A DNA stretch of 64,000 bases from Azolla caroliniana (taxonomy: Eukaryota; Plantae; Polypodiophyta). Of the stretch, positions 24,089-35,784 are shown piece after piece; positions within the stretch are counted from its first letter, which is position 1, and the number at the start of each line of letters is the position of its first letter. Location of the stretch: NCBI GenBank assembly GCA_043228905.1, contig JBHGNT010000018.1, forward strand, positions 15,872,001 to 15,936,000. The letters run 5' to 3'. The notes under the pieces are model-generated. The model was not told the origin of the DNA. It searched no databases and saw only the letters and a list, made by a program, of their open reading frames with translations. The position numbers were made by a program, and so were the translations under genes.

Positions 24089-24201
24089 GTGTTCGGTTGC
24101 CTCCGGGACGTGTCCGGAGTCGGTTTCTCGGCATCCCTTCTCCCTCGTCTGAGACCCCCGTGGTCCTGCCCTTCTATACGCATGCGCGTAATATCGCGAC
24201 A
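23579..24201. mobile_element. Solo LTR (623 bp) with 4-bp TSD, inserted in CV2 pol
   Basis: TGTCGTGA..TCGCGACA ends. Flanks ACAT/ACGT. Removing the LTR and one TSD restores DTIREDLK. TATAAAAGG at ~23731 suggests + orientation. Confidence 0.88.
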
Positions 24202-25464
24202 ACGTATGGTATCGATAACATGGGAATCCAAGGGCATACTGAAGACCTGTGTTGCTTGCAGTCGTGTCGGTCCCAAGATTACTTGATTTTGGTTATCAAA
24301 AGCTGGATCGCCAAGACGTGGTGCTAGATACGAGTGTCGTGATAATGCATTTGCCTTCCCTTGTTGCTTCCCCGGACGATATGTAATTCTAAAGTCAAAA
24401 CGAGTGAGGAATTGGGCCCACCAAGCTTGATGTCGATTTAACACACAGGCATTCTGAAAGTAGGCAAGGTTTTTGTAATCACTAAATACGGTGACTTGAT
24501 GAGAAGATCCCTCTAGAAAATGCCTCCATTGCGTGAAAAAGTCCACTATTGCTAATAGCTCCTTATCATGAATTTCATAGTTGATTTCAGTGGCGTCAAA
24601 CTTGTGTGAGTGGAAAGCCACAAGCTGTAGCTTTTCATCATCGCCTTGTTGTGACAGAATGCTACCCAAGGCGAAATCTGACACGTCTGCTTCAATGATG
24701 AATGGTTTTTCCAGATCAACATGAGCTAGCATAAGAGCTGATGTAAATGCCTTCTTAAGACTCTCAAAAGCCATGTCTGCTTCTTCAGACCAAACCAACG
24801 ATTGTCCATTCCTGGTAAGTTGTGTGAGAGGCAGAACAAGCTTTGAGTAAACCTGTCTAAACTTGCGGTATAAATTGGCAAAGCCTAAAAAGCATTGCAC
24901 ATCTCACAACTAACGCGGAGTCTGCCACTCTATCACCGTTTTGTCCTTAGCTGGATCCATAGAGATGCCTTCCGAGGAAATGACATTGTTGTCCGCTGGA
25001 ATCGTAACCGATGGACAGAAGCGCAGAAATATTATAATATTATTAGTAAAAGCGTTAAGAAGCGCATGTAATGGTTCACGCTAGGTGCGTAACCGGTTAA
25101 AAGCCCTATGTATATAAGGGGCAGAAACCCTCTGAAAAGGGTAGCATGTAATTTTGAGTGCAAGATATTTTCTAATAGAATCCATCTTCTCTTATCTCTA
25201 TGCATATCTGTGTCTATCTATGTGACAGTCCATTGTTTCTCTGTTGCGTATTGTTTAATCGTAAGTGTGTGTAAGTGTAAGTGTGTATACTAGTGCACTT
25301 CCTGAGGAGTTTGGTTCTAGTCGTCTCCCTTATACGCTACCAGGATACGAGGTGGTATCCCATTACGATTTACGATAGGACGGTTCCATTCCTTGTAACA
25401 CGGTCACCTTGAGGTGTATCTCGAAGGACTGAGCGTAGACAGTGTTCCTAATCGATAACACGTT

Positions 25465-25475
25465 TGGCACGCCTG
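25465..25475 (+). promoter_or_regulatory. Primer-binding site of element T (tRNA-Arg type)
   Basis: TGGCACGCCTG lies 4 nt after the LTR CA. TGGCACGCC matches the 3' end I recall for plant tRNA-Arg (..GGCGTGCCA). Confidence 0.75.
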
Positions 25476-25739
25476 GTGATCTGTGATTTGTCACAGATGA
25501 ACAGCAAGGGATGGATGTCTAGCCATAGACGGCCAAGAGAACCAACCCGACAAGACCGACCACTCACGAGGTCCATCACACGCCAGACAGAGGAGCACGC
25601 AAGGCAAAAACCTCGCCTCAATGATATCTGTCCAGACCACAAAGTCGACTCCACGCTCACCCAACACCGTGACGTCAAGCAGGAAGTTCTGTCACCACAC
25701 GAGTACTGTGATCTTCCCCTGCCCACCATAGCGTCTGGA

Positions 25740-28700
25740 ATGGCCTTCTCCTGTCCACGCTTTAATGGCGAAACAGACGCCGCAAGCCACATATGGTTGT
25801 TCCTGAACGTTTGGAACGCGAATCACATGGCGTAGCAACTTCCAGAAGAGGAAGCGCACCAGTCAAAGATGACAGAGTTTGGTTTAACTCTGGATGGTAG
25901 ATCCGCATTTTGGCATTCGCAGATGGATCTACCAGCAATCAACACCTTCAACTAGTTGCAGTTAGCATTTTTGTGATTTTTTCATCGGAGGGTACCTCAA
26001 CGCGAAATCATTGGACAATTCTACACAATCAAGCAATTGCCAACAGAATCTATTGCAAACTTTAGCTTACGTTTCCAAAATCTACGGCAGAAATAAGAAC
26101 GAGCCCCAACAAATGACGAGGCTAGGGAGACATTTTGGCAGCCCTGCGGTGACCTATCAGGATGACGGTCAACACACATAGTGTGAAAGGGGAAACAGCC
26201 GACATGGTCATCAAGTGAGCATTACAGCTTGAGTTGGACAAAGAGGAGGAAGGATTTTCCATGTCCTCGTTACGACAGGCGTTGCCTCAAGACGAGGAAC
26301 GCCACTTTCGTCAGGCTATTCAGTGCACAATTTGCCTCAATTCCAGGCATTCCGCGGTGGAATGCAATATGCGAATTCACTACCCAATTTATCACTCAAA
26401 GGCACACACGGTCGAGTAGTGTGAATACAATATGTTGAACATACCTACGCCCACAGTACGACGCGTAGAACCACAACGACCACCTCGCCAAAATGATCAA
26501 AGGCGCCAAGAGGAACGACCCCGATATACGAATTGAAATCCACGCGACGATCAGCACTACCGTAATCACCGGAATAACAACGATTCTGATGAAAAGGAGC
26601 CGGAGGACGAAGAATATCGGGGCAACCACTAGTATAATAAAGGAGGGTGTCATTACGACAACCACCGTTCGACGAACAAGCGTGGTGGATTCAATGGGCC
26701 TCGCTCACAAGGAAAGCATCGACATTATAGGAACCAACGGCGTTACGACGAAAGTTCAGAGGATTACCGGCGCCAGAAGTCACGCAGGGACCAACCGCAA
26801 ACACCCCGAAATTCCAGGAGAATGCAACAAGACCAAGAGGAGCAAGCAACACTTGGGGATAGGAATATGCTGCCAGCTGTAGAGAAAGGAGAGTCCAGTG
26901 TACATTGTTTTGTCTGCCAACAGCCCGAACATTACGCAATTCAATGTCCACTACACAAGGGCAAAGGACCAGCCGTAAATAAGATTACGGCGGAAGTTCA
27001 GCAAGTCACGACACGGAAATAAACAAAGAATGTTGACTGGGTTGCACAAGATGAGGTACGCAAAGCGGCCCAAGCATGGGTAGAAAAAGCAAATGCGGCC
27101 AATACGGAGCGTATGCGGCAGGAGTCCGCAAACAATGTTGGGCTGATATAAGAAAACATAATATCCCCGGACCCCATATGGCAAGCACTAGCAGGCTATG
27201 AAATAACAATGACCATGGAAAAACTCCTTCAACTAGTTCCACGATTTCGGCAGGCCGTAGAAGATCGCATAACGGGCAGGCCTAGTATAAACGTCTCAGC
27301 AAATTTTGCCGAAACTACCGTCGGACCAACAATGGTGGATCACCACAATCCAGCCATTATGCTAGTACTACACGGGCAAGAAATAACATTTTGTATAATC
27401 GACAAAGGCTCTGGCGTTAATGTGATTAGTACAAAGACATGTGAACAGTTAGGAATTTCGGAATATACCCAATCTATCAGGCCCTTAGGGTTAATCCGGA
27501 AATTAGGCATCGTCATTGGCAGTCACCGCTTTGACATCTCGGCAGTGGTACTCGCACTCGACGCTCCGCGAGCATACCCAATACTGCTTGGCAGACCTTG
27601 GCTTCATTCGGCCAACATCAAACAGAGCTGGCAACATAATTGTATCAGTTTCAAACGAGGATGCAGCAAAGTTCCCATACCCACAAAAGAATGACACCAT
27701 TGTACACGAAAGACATAAATATGCTGGAAGGAGTGGATGATACAGAGCTGGAAGCATACCTGGATGAGCACCCGCGAATCATCCCGCTATTCGAAATTGA
27801 CGTAATAGAAACCGCGGCGGATTACGCTACTCCCACTAAACTTCACGAAGAGGCTAATGAACCGAACCCGAAGTCGATAATGGAATTAAGCTGAGCACGG
27901 GCCGTGTTCGAGAAAGAAATGGAAATTTCACGACGAGTCACTGCCTTAGAATTGGAAGAATTTAACGTAGGAATGACAGCGGATCCCTGATTACTCTCCA
28001 TCGCAAAAGACTTACTACCGGATCAAAAAGAGGCAATGTTAGCTCTACTCAAGGAATATAAAGATGTGTTCGCTTGGTCCCACGAAGACATGAAGGGATT
28101 GGATCCAAAATTCTACCAGCATAAGATCAACTTAGCTACCGACGCGAAACCTATTCAACAATGTCGATACCGAATGAATCCGAATTACGTGGCTCGTGTA
28201 AAAGAGGAAATTGACAAACTTCTCAAGGTTGGATTCATTCGACCAGTCAAGCAAGCTACGTGGTTGAGCCCGATAGTCGTAGTACCGAAGAAAAATGGAA
28301 AAATCTGCGTTTACATAGACTATCGGAAATTGAACGTCGTAACTATTACAGATGTGTTTCCTTGCGTACTTGACGTAGTCACAGGGCATGACATGTATAG
28401 TTTTATAGACGGCTTTAGTGGATACAATCAAGTACACATGCATCCTGACGACCAAGAGAAGACGGTGTTTGTCACCGACTGGGGAGTTATGTCGCGGTAG
28501 TCATGATGTTCGGGTTAAAGACGGCACCTGCTACATTCCAGCAGACAATTACGGAAATTTTTGAGGAATACATACCCGCCTTCATGCAACTCTTTCTAGA
28601 TGATTTCGTGGTGTATGGGACAACATCCGAACATCTGAGTCATTTACGACTGTGTCTGGAGCGCTGTCGGGCTTCACGCTTAAGCCTGAATCCAGCCAAA

Positions 28701-30802
28701 TGCGCGTTCGGCGTCACAAGCGGTGCCCTCTTCGGCCACATCGTCAGCAAGCAGGGGATAGCGGTGGATCCTAATAAAATTTCCGCAATCATTCAAGAAA
28801 AAACCGCCGACAAATGCCAAAGCACTCAGCCGTTTCCTGGGACAAATACGTTGGCATAGTCGTATGTTACGATAATTGGCGGATTTCACCACGCCTTTAC
28901 ACACCGTCGTCCACCGTACACCTTTCAAATGGATGGCTACTAAAGAAAAAGCGCACGACGCGCTTAAAATAATGCTGACTCAAGCACCAGTCGTACAACC
29001 ACCAGATTGGGGGAAACCATTTCACGTTTTTGTGGACACCTCAGATATAGCAATAGGTAGTGCGTTGATGGACCTCACAGAGCCAAATTGATACAGACCA
29101 GTGTACTACGCCAATAGGAAGCTATCAAAGGCTGAGCGTAACTACTCCACAAAGGAATGAGAAGCGTTGGGTATGATATACAACATCAATAAATTCCGAC
29201 ATTATCTATTGGGGCGGAAATTTACATTACACGTGGACCATACGGTGTTGCTATACCTGGTGGTGAAGCAGGCACTGACAGGAAAATTGGCTAGATGGAT
29301 GCTATTGCTCTAGGAGTTCAACTTTGTTATATAGCATCGACTTGGTACGCAACACGTTGTAGCGAATTTCTTAAGCAGGATAGATAATGGAGAAATGGTG
29401 CGAAAGGATGACGACGACTTTCCTGATGCGGACATCCTGCGGACCGCAACTATAGTGACACGAACGGAAAAAACTTTTCCAGATAGTTGGTTGATGGAGA
29501 TGACATACTTTTTGACCACGGGATTACCACCGCCACAATTAAGGACAGACGAGAAGAAACGATTGGCCGTCTGAAGTCGTAACTTCTGTTTGGTTGAAGG
29601 GGTCATGTATCACAAAGGCAGCGACAAAATCTGGCAACGCGGAATACACCAGGATGAGAAGGAAGTGGTTTTACGCGAAGCTCACTGTGGTACGGTAGGA
29701 GGACACTACGCGGGCGATGTTACGGCTCGTAAAGTTTGACAAGCAGGCCTATGGTGGCCGACTACACAAAAGGATGCAATGTATGAATATTGCAAACAAT
29801 GCGATCTGTGTCAACGGATGGGCCAGCCCACGGAGGTCGCAAGGATGCCACATCAACCAGTGTTGCCGTTGGATCCATTCTAGAAATGGGGTCTCAATTT
29901 CATGGGGCCATTTACACCGGCGGCAGCACGGACTGGCAATAAATATATAATGGTGGCTACTGATTATTGCACCAAGTGGGTGGAAGCGAAAGCACTACGA
30001 GAAAATACCGCGGCAGCAATGGCGAAATTTCTTTACGATTACATCTGGTGTTGTTTTGGCTGCCCCTATCAAGCTCATCAACGACCAAGGAAGCCACTTT
30101 CTGAATTCAGTCATCCGGGAACTAACATAACACTATGTCGTTGTCCACAAGAAGAGCACGTCGTATTATCCATAGGCGAATGGTTTAGCAGAATCCACGA
30201 ACAAAACGTTACAAACCATACTAAAAGACATTGTCAATGAGAACAGAACAGATTGGGATACCAAATTACACATCGCGTTATGGGCGTACCAAACCAGCTA
30301 TAAGACTAGCATACAATCCATGCCTTTCCAGCTAGCATTTGGGCTGGAGGCCATAATGCCAGTCGAATTTCAGGTACCCAGTCTGCGGATTCAGGTACGG
30401 GACCGGCTATCAGAAGACAAGTCTAAACAAATACGGTTACAAGAGCTGCTCGAACTAGGCGAGACACGGTTACGCAGCATGGCCATACTTGAACAAGAGC
30501 AACGTAGGCGTAAAGCATTCGTGGACCGGCATCAAAATGCGCGTGAAAAAGATTTTGCCGTCGGCAAAGCAGTCTTGGTCTTTCAAACACGAATGGGGAA
30601 AATGCCAGATAAATTAAGATTCCGCTGGACGGGGCCGTACTAGATAGTTGGAGTGGAAAACGGCACATTTCAATTAGGCACCCTAGCCAGAGAAGTGTTA
30701 CGACAAAAGGTGAATGGGTTTCGATTGAAACCCTACGTGGGACCTATGCCACCAAACCCGTTCCACGCTATAAAAGGCACAGCCGAAGAATACACGGATT
30801 AA
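25740..30802 (+). pseudogene. pol: gag-pol of element T
   Basis: CTICLNSRHSAVEC, CFVCQQPEHYAIQCP, IIDKGSGVN, DVFAWSHEDMKGLDP, WLSPIVVVPKKNG, LFLDDF, FVDTSDIAIG, DYCTKWVEAKAL. Many point stops. Confidence 0.9.
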
Positions 30803-31163
30803 TTAATGGGACCCACCTATATTATAGTGTAACATTAATATTGTACTTAATCGTTATAAAAGATAAGAGAGAGAGAGAGAGAGAGAGAGAAGATAGTGAT
30901 GCAATTAAAAGGACTTGATGCATGCACAAACTTCTAGAGCAAGAACACGCGGCACCACGATGGCACACAGGCCAATGAACCCTAGGCCACAAAAAGAGGA
31001 AAGCAGAAGGTTTTTTGCACAGTACAGAAAACTATCTTCAGCCCTTAGACCTCCTCGCTCTCGTCGCTCTCCTCACTCACCTCACTCCCCATCATACCAC
31101 AGAGCCCACGTCCGCCATAGCCAGCAAACCTCACCCACTACCCATGAGTCTCATCCACCTACG

Positions 31164-33731
31164 ATGTCGATCACTATTTTCGCCGCCTTGCGCAGATGGC
31201 TCCTCGAAAAGAGACTGGATGGATACATCAAAGTCATTGAGGCACCTGCTCACCCTGAAGCCCTAGAAATTGCCAAGAAGCTCAACATAGACACAGTCAC
31301 CAACGCTACCATCTAGAAGAAGCTTGACTTATCATCGATCGGGGAGAAACATTTCGACATCCCTCCTGCAGAAACCCTGCAAAAATATTTCGGGGAATAT
31401 TCGGTGTCCACCAAAGCATACAGGACGAAGGAAATCCCAGACCCCTTCTTTCGAGAAGTAGCCAAGTTCTTGCTGGAGGTAGGATGCGTGCACGTAAATG
31501 CCTATGGGATGCCAAAGCAGAAGTCAGGCATCATCATTGATACCTTCAAAGGGCGTGTCATCGATTGGGGGGTAATTACGAGACTAGCTTTATGGGAAGG
31601 CCTATATGCATATCAGGGCGGCAAAAAGCTAAGGCCAATCATACAACAGTATCTAACGATACTATTCTCACCCCGAGGTCTGCCAGCACCACAGCCCAGT
31701 AAACCCACACCGCCGCCACGTTCCACGAAACGGCGGTTAACAGAGTTGGCTACCACAGAATGGGAAGAAGAACCACAACCTTCCCAGCCCATCACGTAAA
31801 CAACGCAGGAAGAACGGACGGCAAGCAGGGAGGAAGCCACTCATGAGCAGGAAGTCGAGCAACGCCAGGAAAGCCCAAGGCCGAAACGGCATAGGTTGGA
31901 CCGGAAAGATGGGCGCGGACTGGTCAAAGACACAACCACGAACAAAGACACAACCTCGGACACAGACACGACCTCCTTGGTCGACAATTCCCTAGTTATG
32001 GAGCCCAACACCACTTTAGAAATAATCCGGGAACCACGGCCGATCATTACGGCCCAATCGCAGCGTGGGAAAGGCATACTCACGGCGGAAAGCGAAGTCC
32101 TAAAGTACCCAGATATCCCGGATACAACCCATGAGTTCGGTGCGCTACTACAATTTGGAACAACTTACGAACTCATGGAATTTTTGGCAACGCAGCAAAT
32201 TAAGGTATTGTAGAGAATGGCAGAGGAGCATGCAGAACAACAGACGATTGAGCATGCGCTCACACGCACAGTAGAAAGTGAGGATGAAGGGCCCCTCGCC
32301 AAACTCGATAGGAAGCGAAACGCAGGAGTCCGCCACGTAGGTATTGAGTTACCCCCACTAAATGCGGCCCTCATTGAAGTACACAGAGAACTGGTGAAGG
32401 TCAGTATGGGCGCCAAAGACATGGCGATTAAAAACAAAAACGTCTGGAAGGCGGTCAAGCAGACCCAAGCGGAGCTACAAAAGGCCAAGGAACGCATCGC
32501 GGAGTTGGAGTGCGGCGTAACTATGGCACAACGGAAATTTGGATCGACGGACAGCAATGCCGCGTCGCAAGCTCTAAGGGAGGAGATTGATGCATAGATC
32601 GCCATTGCCATAAAAGCAAAAAGGGTTGCCCAACTAGTAGAATCCGAGATAGACCGCCTCTGTGCAAAACTCTGCCAATCGTCTGACAGAGAAACGGACA
32701 TCCGGGCCAAGGGGCGTAAGGCAATAAAAGCACTGGAAGAGAAGCTCAGAGCGGAAACAACAACTCACACCGTCACCAAAGAAGAAAATAGCAAACTACG
32801 GGAGGAAGTCAGCAAGATGGAGGGGGTGAACACAGGACTCTGAGAGCTATTGCAAAAGAAGAAAGTATGGTACGATGAGCAGCTTTTACTAGAACAGGAG
32901 GCGACACATCAGATAGAAGTCTGCCTGAAAAACAAAATGGGCCGGATGGAGGAGCTACATTTAAAAGAATCCTAGATATGGGCAAAGATGAAGAGCCACT
33001 ATGAGGAGGCGATTGCGGTCAACAAGCGTAAAATTGAAAACCTCAAGAAGGCACTGGACGAAGCGCAAAACCACTCCCAAGCAAATACGGACAATGTGCA
33101 CATACATCTCCAAACAAATCGGGAGAAGTTTACGGCGCAACTAAAAACGGCGCTAGACAAAGGATGGACGACATGAGCAGCGCAAGCAGTAGAACTTCAT
33201 ACATATTGGGAGGATTGGGAAAACCGGCGAAAGGAAGGTTGAGGCTTCTACAAGCTCAATGACGACAGCATCGTGGTAGTACGAGAGGAGGTCGCACAAG
33301 ACTATCGCGCGCTTGCGGACCAGCACTCCGAGGAACTTGCGTAGCTACGGGAAGATTTCGGCGAAAGTCAGGAGGATATGTTTCACCGAATCATGAAGGT
33401 AGGCAGCACGCGGCTAAGAGCGGAGCCCATCGCGATACCAGATGGCGACTCCACCGAACAGGAGGAACCTCAACCCAATTCACCAGAGATGACAACTACG
33501 ACCGGCAACTCTAAGGATGATACAGACAGGACATAGCCTCAGCCTACCGCGAGCCCGCAGACGGAAGAGCCAGCCACAGTAGAAAGGAATGAGCCAGCAG
33601 AGCCGGGTTCAACCACACAAGGAGAAGTTGACACCATGGAAACCCCCACGACGACCAAGCAACGACGCGCCTATGGGCACTACGCCGTCCCCGGACCAGA
33701 ACGTACGAGCGGAACCAAACATCCTAGATAA
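31164..33731 (+). pseudogene. Extra sense ORF (~850 codons) downstream of pol: globular N-terminal domain, low-complexity linker, long coiled coil
   Basis: ORF pieces 30915-31316, 31404-31799, 31896-32213, 32217-32597 and 32988-33176 are all in one frame, separated only by point stops. Confidence 0.75.
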
Positions 33732-33781
33732 TCTGGAGGATGAATAGAGGGATGGGTTCGACGTGCCATGGCACTGTGCCA

Positions 33782-33792
33782 CAGGCGTGCCA
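33782..33792 (-). promoter_or_regulatory. Inverted PBS copy at the PPT position of element T
   Basis: CAGGCGTGCCA is the exact reverse complement of 25465-25475 and lies 2 nt before the 3' LTR TG. Confidence 0.8.
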
Positions 33793-35368
33793 GGTGTTGT
33801 CCGTCGGAATCGTAACTGATGGACAAAAAGCACAGAAATATTATAATATAGTAAAAGCATTAAGAAGCTCACGTAACGGTTCATGCTAGGAGTGTAACCG
33901 GTTAAAAGCCATGTGTATATAAGGGGCATAAACCCTTTGAAAAGGGTAGCGTGTAATTTTGAGTGCAGGACATTTTCTAATAGAATCCTATCTTCTTTGA
34001 TCTCTTTGCATAATCCATGAAGCAAGAATTAGCTCCGGAATCTAGGAGTGCTGAGACATGTACTAGAGAGGTACTTTTAGTACTAACTGTTACTTGGGCT
34101 AAGAACACATTGCTAACTTGATTAGAGGGAATGGAACCACTAATGGGCTGCACAGATCTAGGGTTGTTCAACCAAACGGCTCCTATTTTGGCTGGACTTA
34201 GTCGTTTAACTCTTCTTCTAACTAACTAAGGACACAAATTTCTTCGATAGATTTGGGCTATTAGTACTATTAGGACTATCAGATATTCCTATTGAAATAG
34301 ACTCGGGTTTAGTACAATTAGAACTATCAACTATTTGGTTTACCTGTCTTCTTGGCCTATGGGGATAGTTCACTACAATATGCTCTGGTCCACCGCAATA
34401 ACGACATAGTCGATTTGCTCGGCATCACTGCTTTTCTTCTTTCAATAATGGTCCGCGACGACATGTAGTGTCAATTTCCATCGGAGTTGGATTATTCACT
34501 GGAGACGCAATATGACTCCCTTGGAAAAGGTTTTGCTACCACTGAGGCGTAGGTGGGCTTTGATCTTGCCCTTAGCATCTAGAACTGACGTTCCGAACGT
34601 CGTTCAAAAAGACGGTTGTCGCATCTCACCACGCGACTGATTGCTTCTGTCAATGAATTTGGTTATTCGGGGAAAGTCAAGAGTAAATCCTTGACATCAT
34701 TACGTAGACCATAACGAAATTGCTCCATTAGTGCTTGGTCATCCTAGGGGATATTGGAGGCGAGTTGGCGGAAATCTGCAACATATGTGGAGTCTGGACG
34801 ATCACCTTGACGTAATCGTCGGATTTTGTTGATTGTTATCCTTATGTTGTCAGTATATCCAAAACAAGATTTAAACTCACTTAAAAACTCTTCAAAATTG
34901 TTTAGTAAAGGAGATTCCTTTTCTAACAACGGAGCGAACCATGCCAAAGCTGAGCCACTTAACAACGTGCCTACTAAACCCACTCGTGATGCATCGTTGG
35001 GATATCGGGAAGGATGCATTTGAATGACTAATCATACTTGATTAAGGAATCCTCTAAACTACGATCATGTTCCATCGAATATCATGGGAAGGCCGATCTT
35101 GGGTTCTTTATGAATCCCTTGCGTATTGGGTCCTTCTTGTTGCATCGCTACTATGGTTGCTTCGAGTTGTTGCACGCGTAACGCTAGTTCCCCATGTTGT
35201 TGTTGCATCTGCTACTTTTCTAAGGAGATTTTTTGAAGATCCCCCAACAACCGTTGATTTTCCTGTTCCAAAGCAAGGAACTTTTCTTTCAAGCATTGCA
35301 GCTCCAAGAAAACGGATTGATATTCTTGAGCGCTAACAATGGCCATAGGATGAGAGGAAAGAGATGAA

Positions 35369-35382
35369 AAATCGGTTTAAAC
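35369..35382 (-). promoter_or_regulatory. Self-priming-type PBS of CV2
   Basis: GTTTAAACCGATTT follows the LTR directly and has no TGG. It is complementary to AAATCGGTTCAAC (minus strand 35564-35552), 33 nt downstream of TATAAAA. Confidence 0.7.
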
Positions 35383-35704
35383 TGTCAGGAATAGTACTGA
35401 GACAGAGAGGAAATTAGTACTAAGAGGAAAAGAGGGTGTAGAACACTCGAGAGAAGGAGAGAGAGGGAGAGAGAGAGAGAGAGAATGATGATGACAGCGA
35501 TATATTATGTGAAAAGAATATACAAGGATGGCTAGGAGGCTTAAGACTGGCGTTGAACCGATTTGGTTCGAAATAATGCCTTGTGCCTTCTTTTATAGTG
35601 TTCTCAGGAGTACTCCTGAAGTTTCTAGAATGTTCCTGAGAAATTTGGAATATACATCAATTTTCTATAGTAAAAGTTAAATGAAAATAATATCTTTCGT
35701 ATTA

Positions 35705-35775
35705 CAACATATAGTCTAATAGTCAAGAGCTCGACCCATGAAACATAAGGTCATGGGTTCGAGTCTTTCCATAAT
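35705..35775 (+). promoter_or_regulatory. tRNA-like Pol III A/B-box cassette in CV2 5' LTR, pointing out of the element
   Basis: TAGTCTAATAG at 35712 and GGTTCGAGTC at 35756 (44-nt spacing). Confidence 0.6.
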
Positions 35776-35784
35776 ATCATGACA

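Larger units (their letters stand above)
21567..24986 (-). mobile_element. pol: 3' half of chromovirus CV2 (RT end, RNase H, integrase, chromodomain, PPT, 3' LTR 21567-21796)
   Basis: ORFs 23830-24900, 22978-23568 and 21789-22133 (YKVAAILDSK..YLVDWLGYSPNEHTWEP). PPT AAAGGGGAGATAG. LTR matches 35383-35784 with an internal deletion. Confidence 0.92.
24987..34012 (+). mobile_element. Non-chromovirus Ty3/gypsy element T (5' LTR 24987-25460, gag-pol, extra 3' ORF, truncated 3' LTR 33795-~34012)
   Basis: TGTTG..TAACA LTR repeated from 33795. PBS TGGCACGCC. gag, PR, RT (FLDD), RH and IN motifs in gypsy order. Confidence 0.92.
34013..35784 (-). mobile_element. gag: 5' half of chromovirus CV2 (5' LTR 35383-35784, gag, protease start)
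   Basis: TGTCA..TGACA LTR. Tf2/sushi-type gag (RVGLVGTLLSGSALAWF), CRYCGGPEH knuckle and LLDSGANSCF. Confidence 0.9.

Noticed and set aside
23830-24201. Novel C-terminus (RERERE..) of ORF 23830-24900
   Set aside because: It is read-through from CV2 RNase H into the inserted solo LTR and its microsatellite.
33725-33765. GGTTCGA B-box-like word upstream of the inverted PBS, suggesting a whole embedded tRNA
   Set aside because: There is no A box at tRNA spacing and no cloverleaf. Only the CCA-ending 11-mer is well supported.
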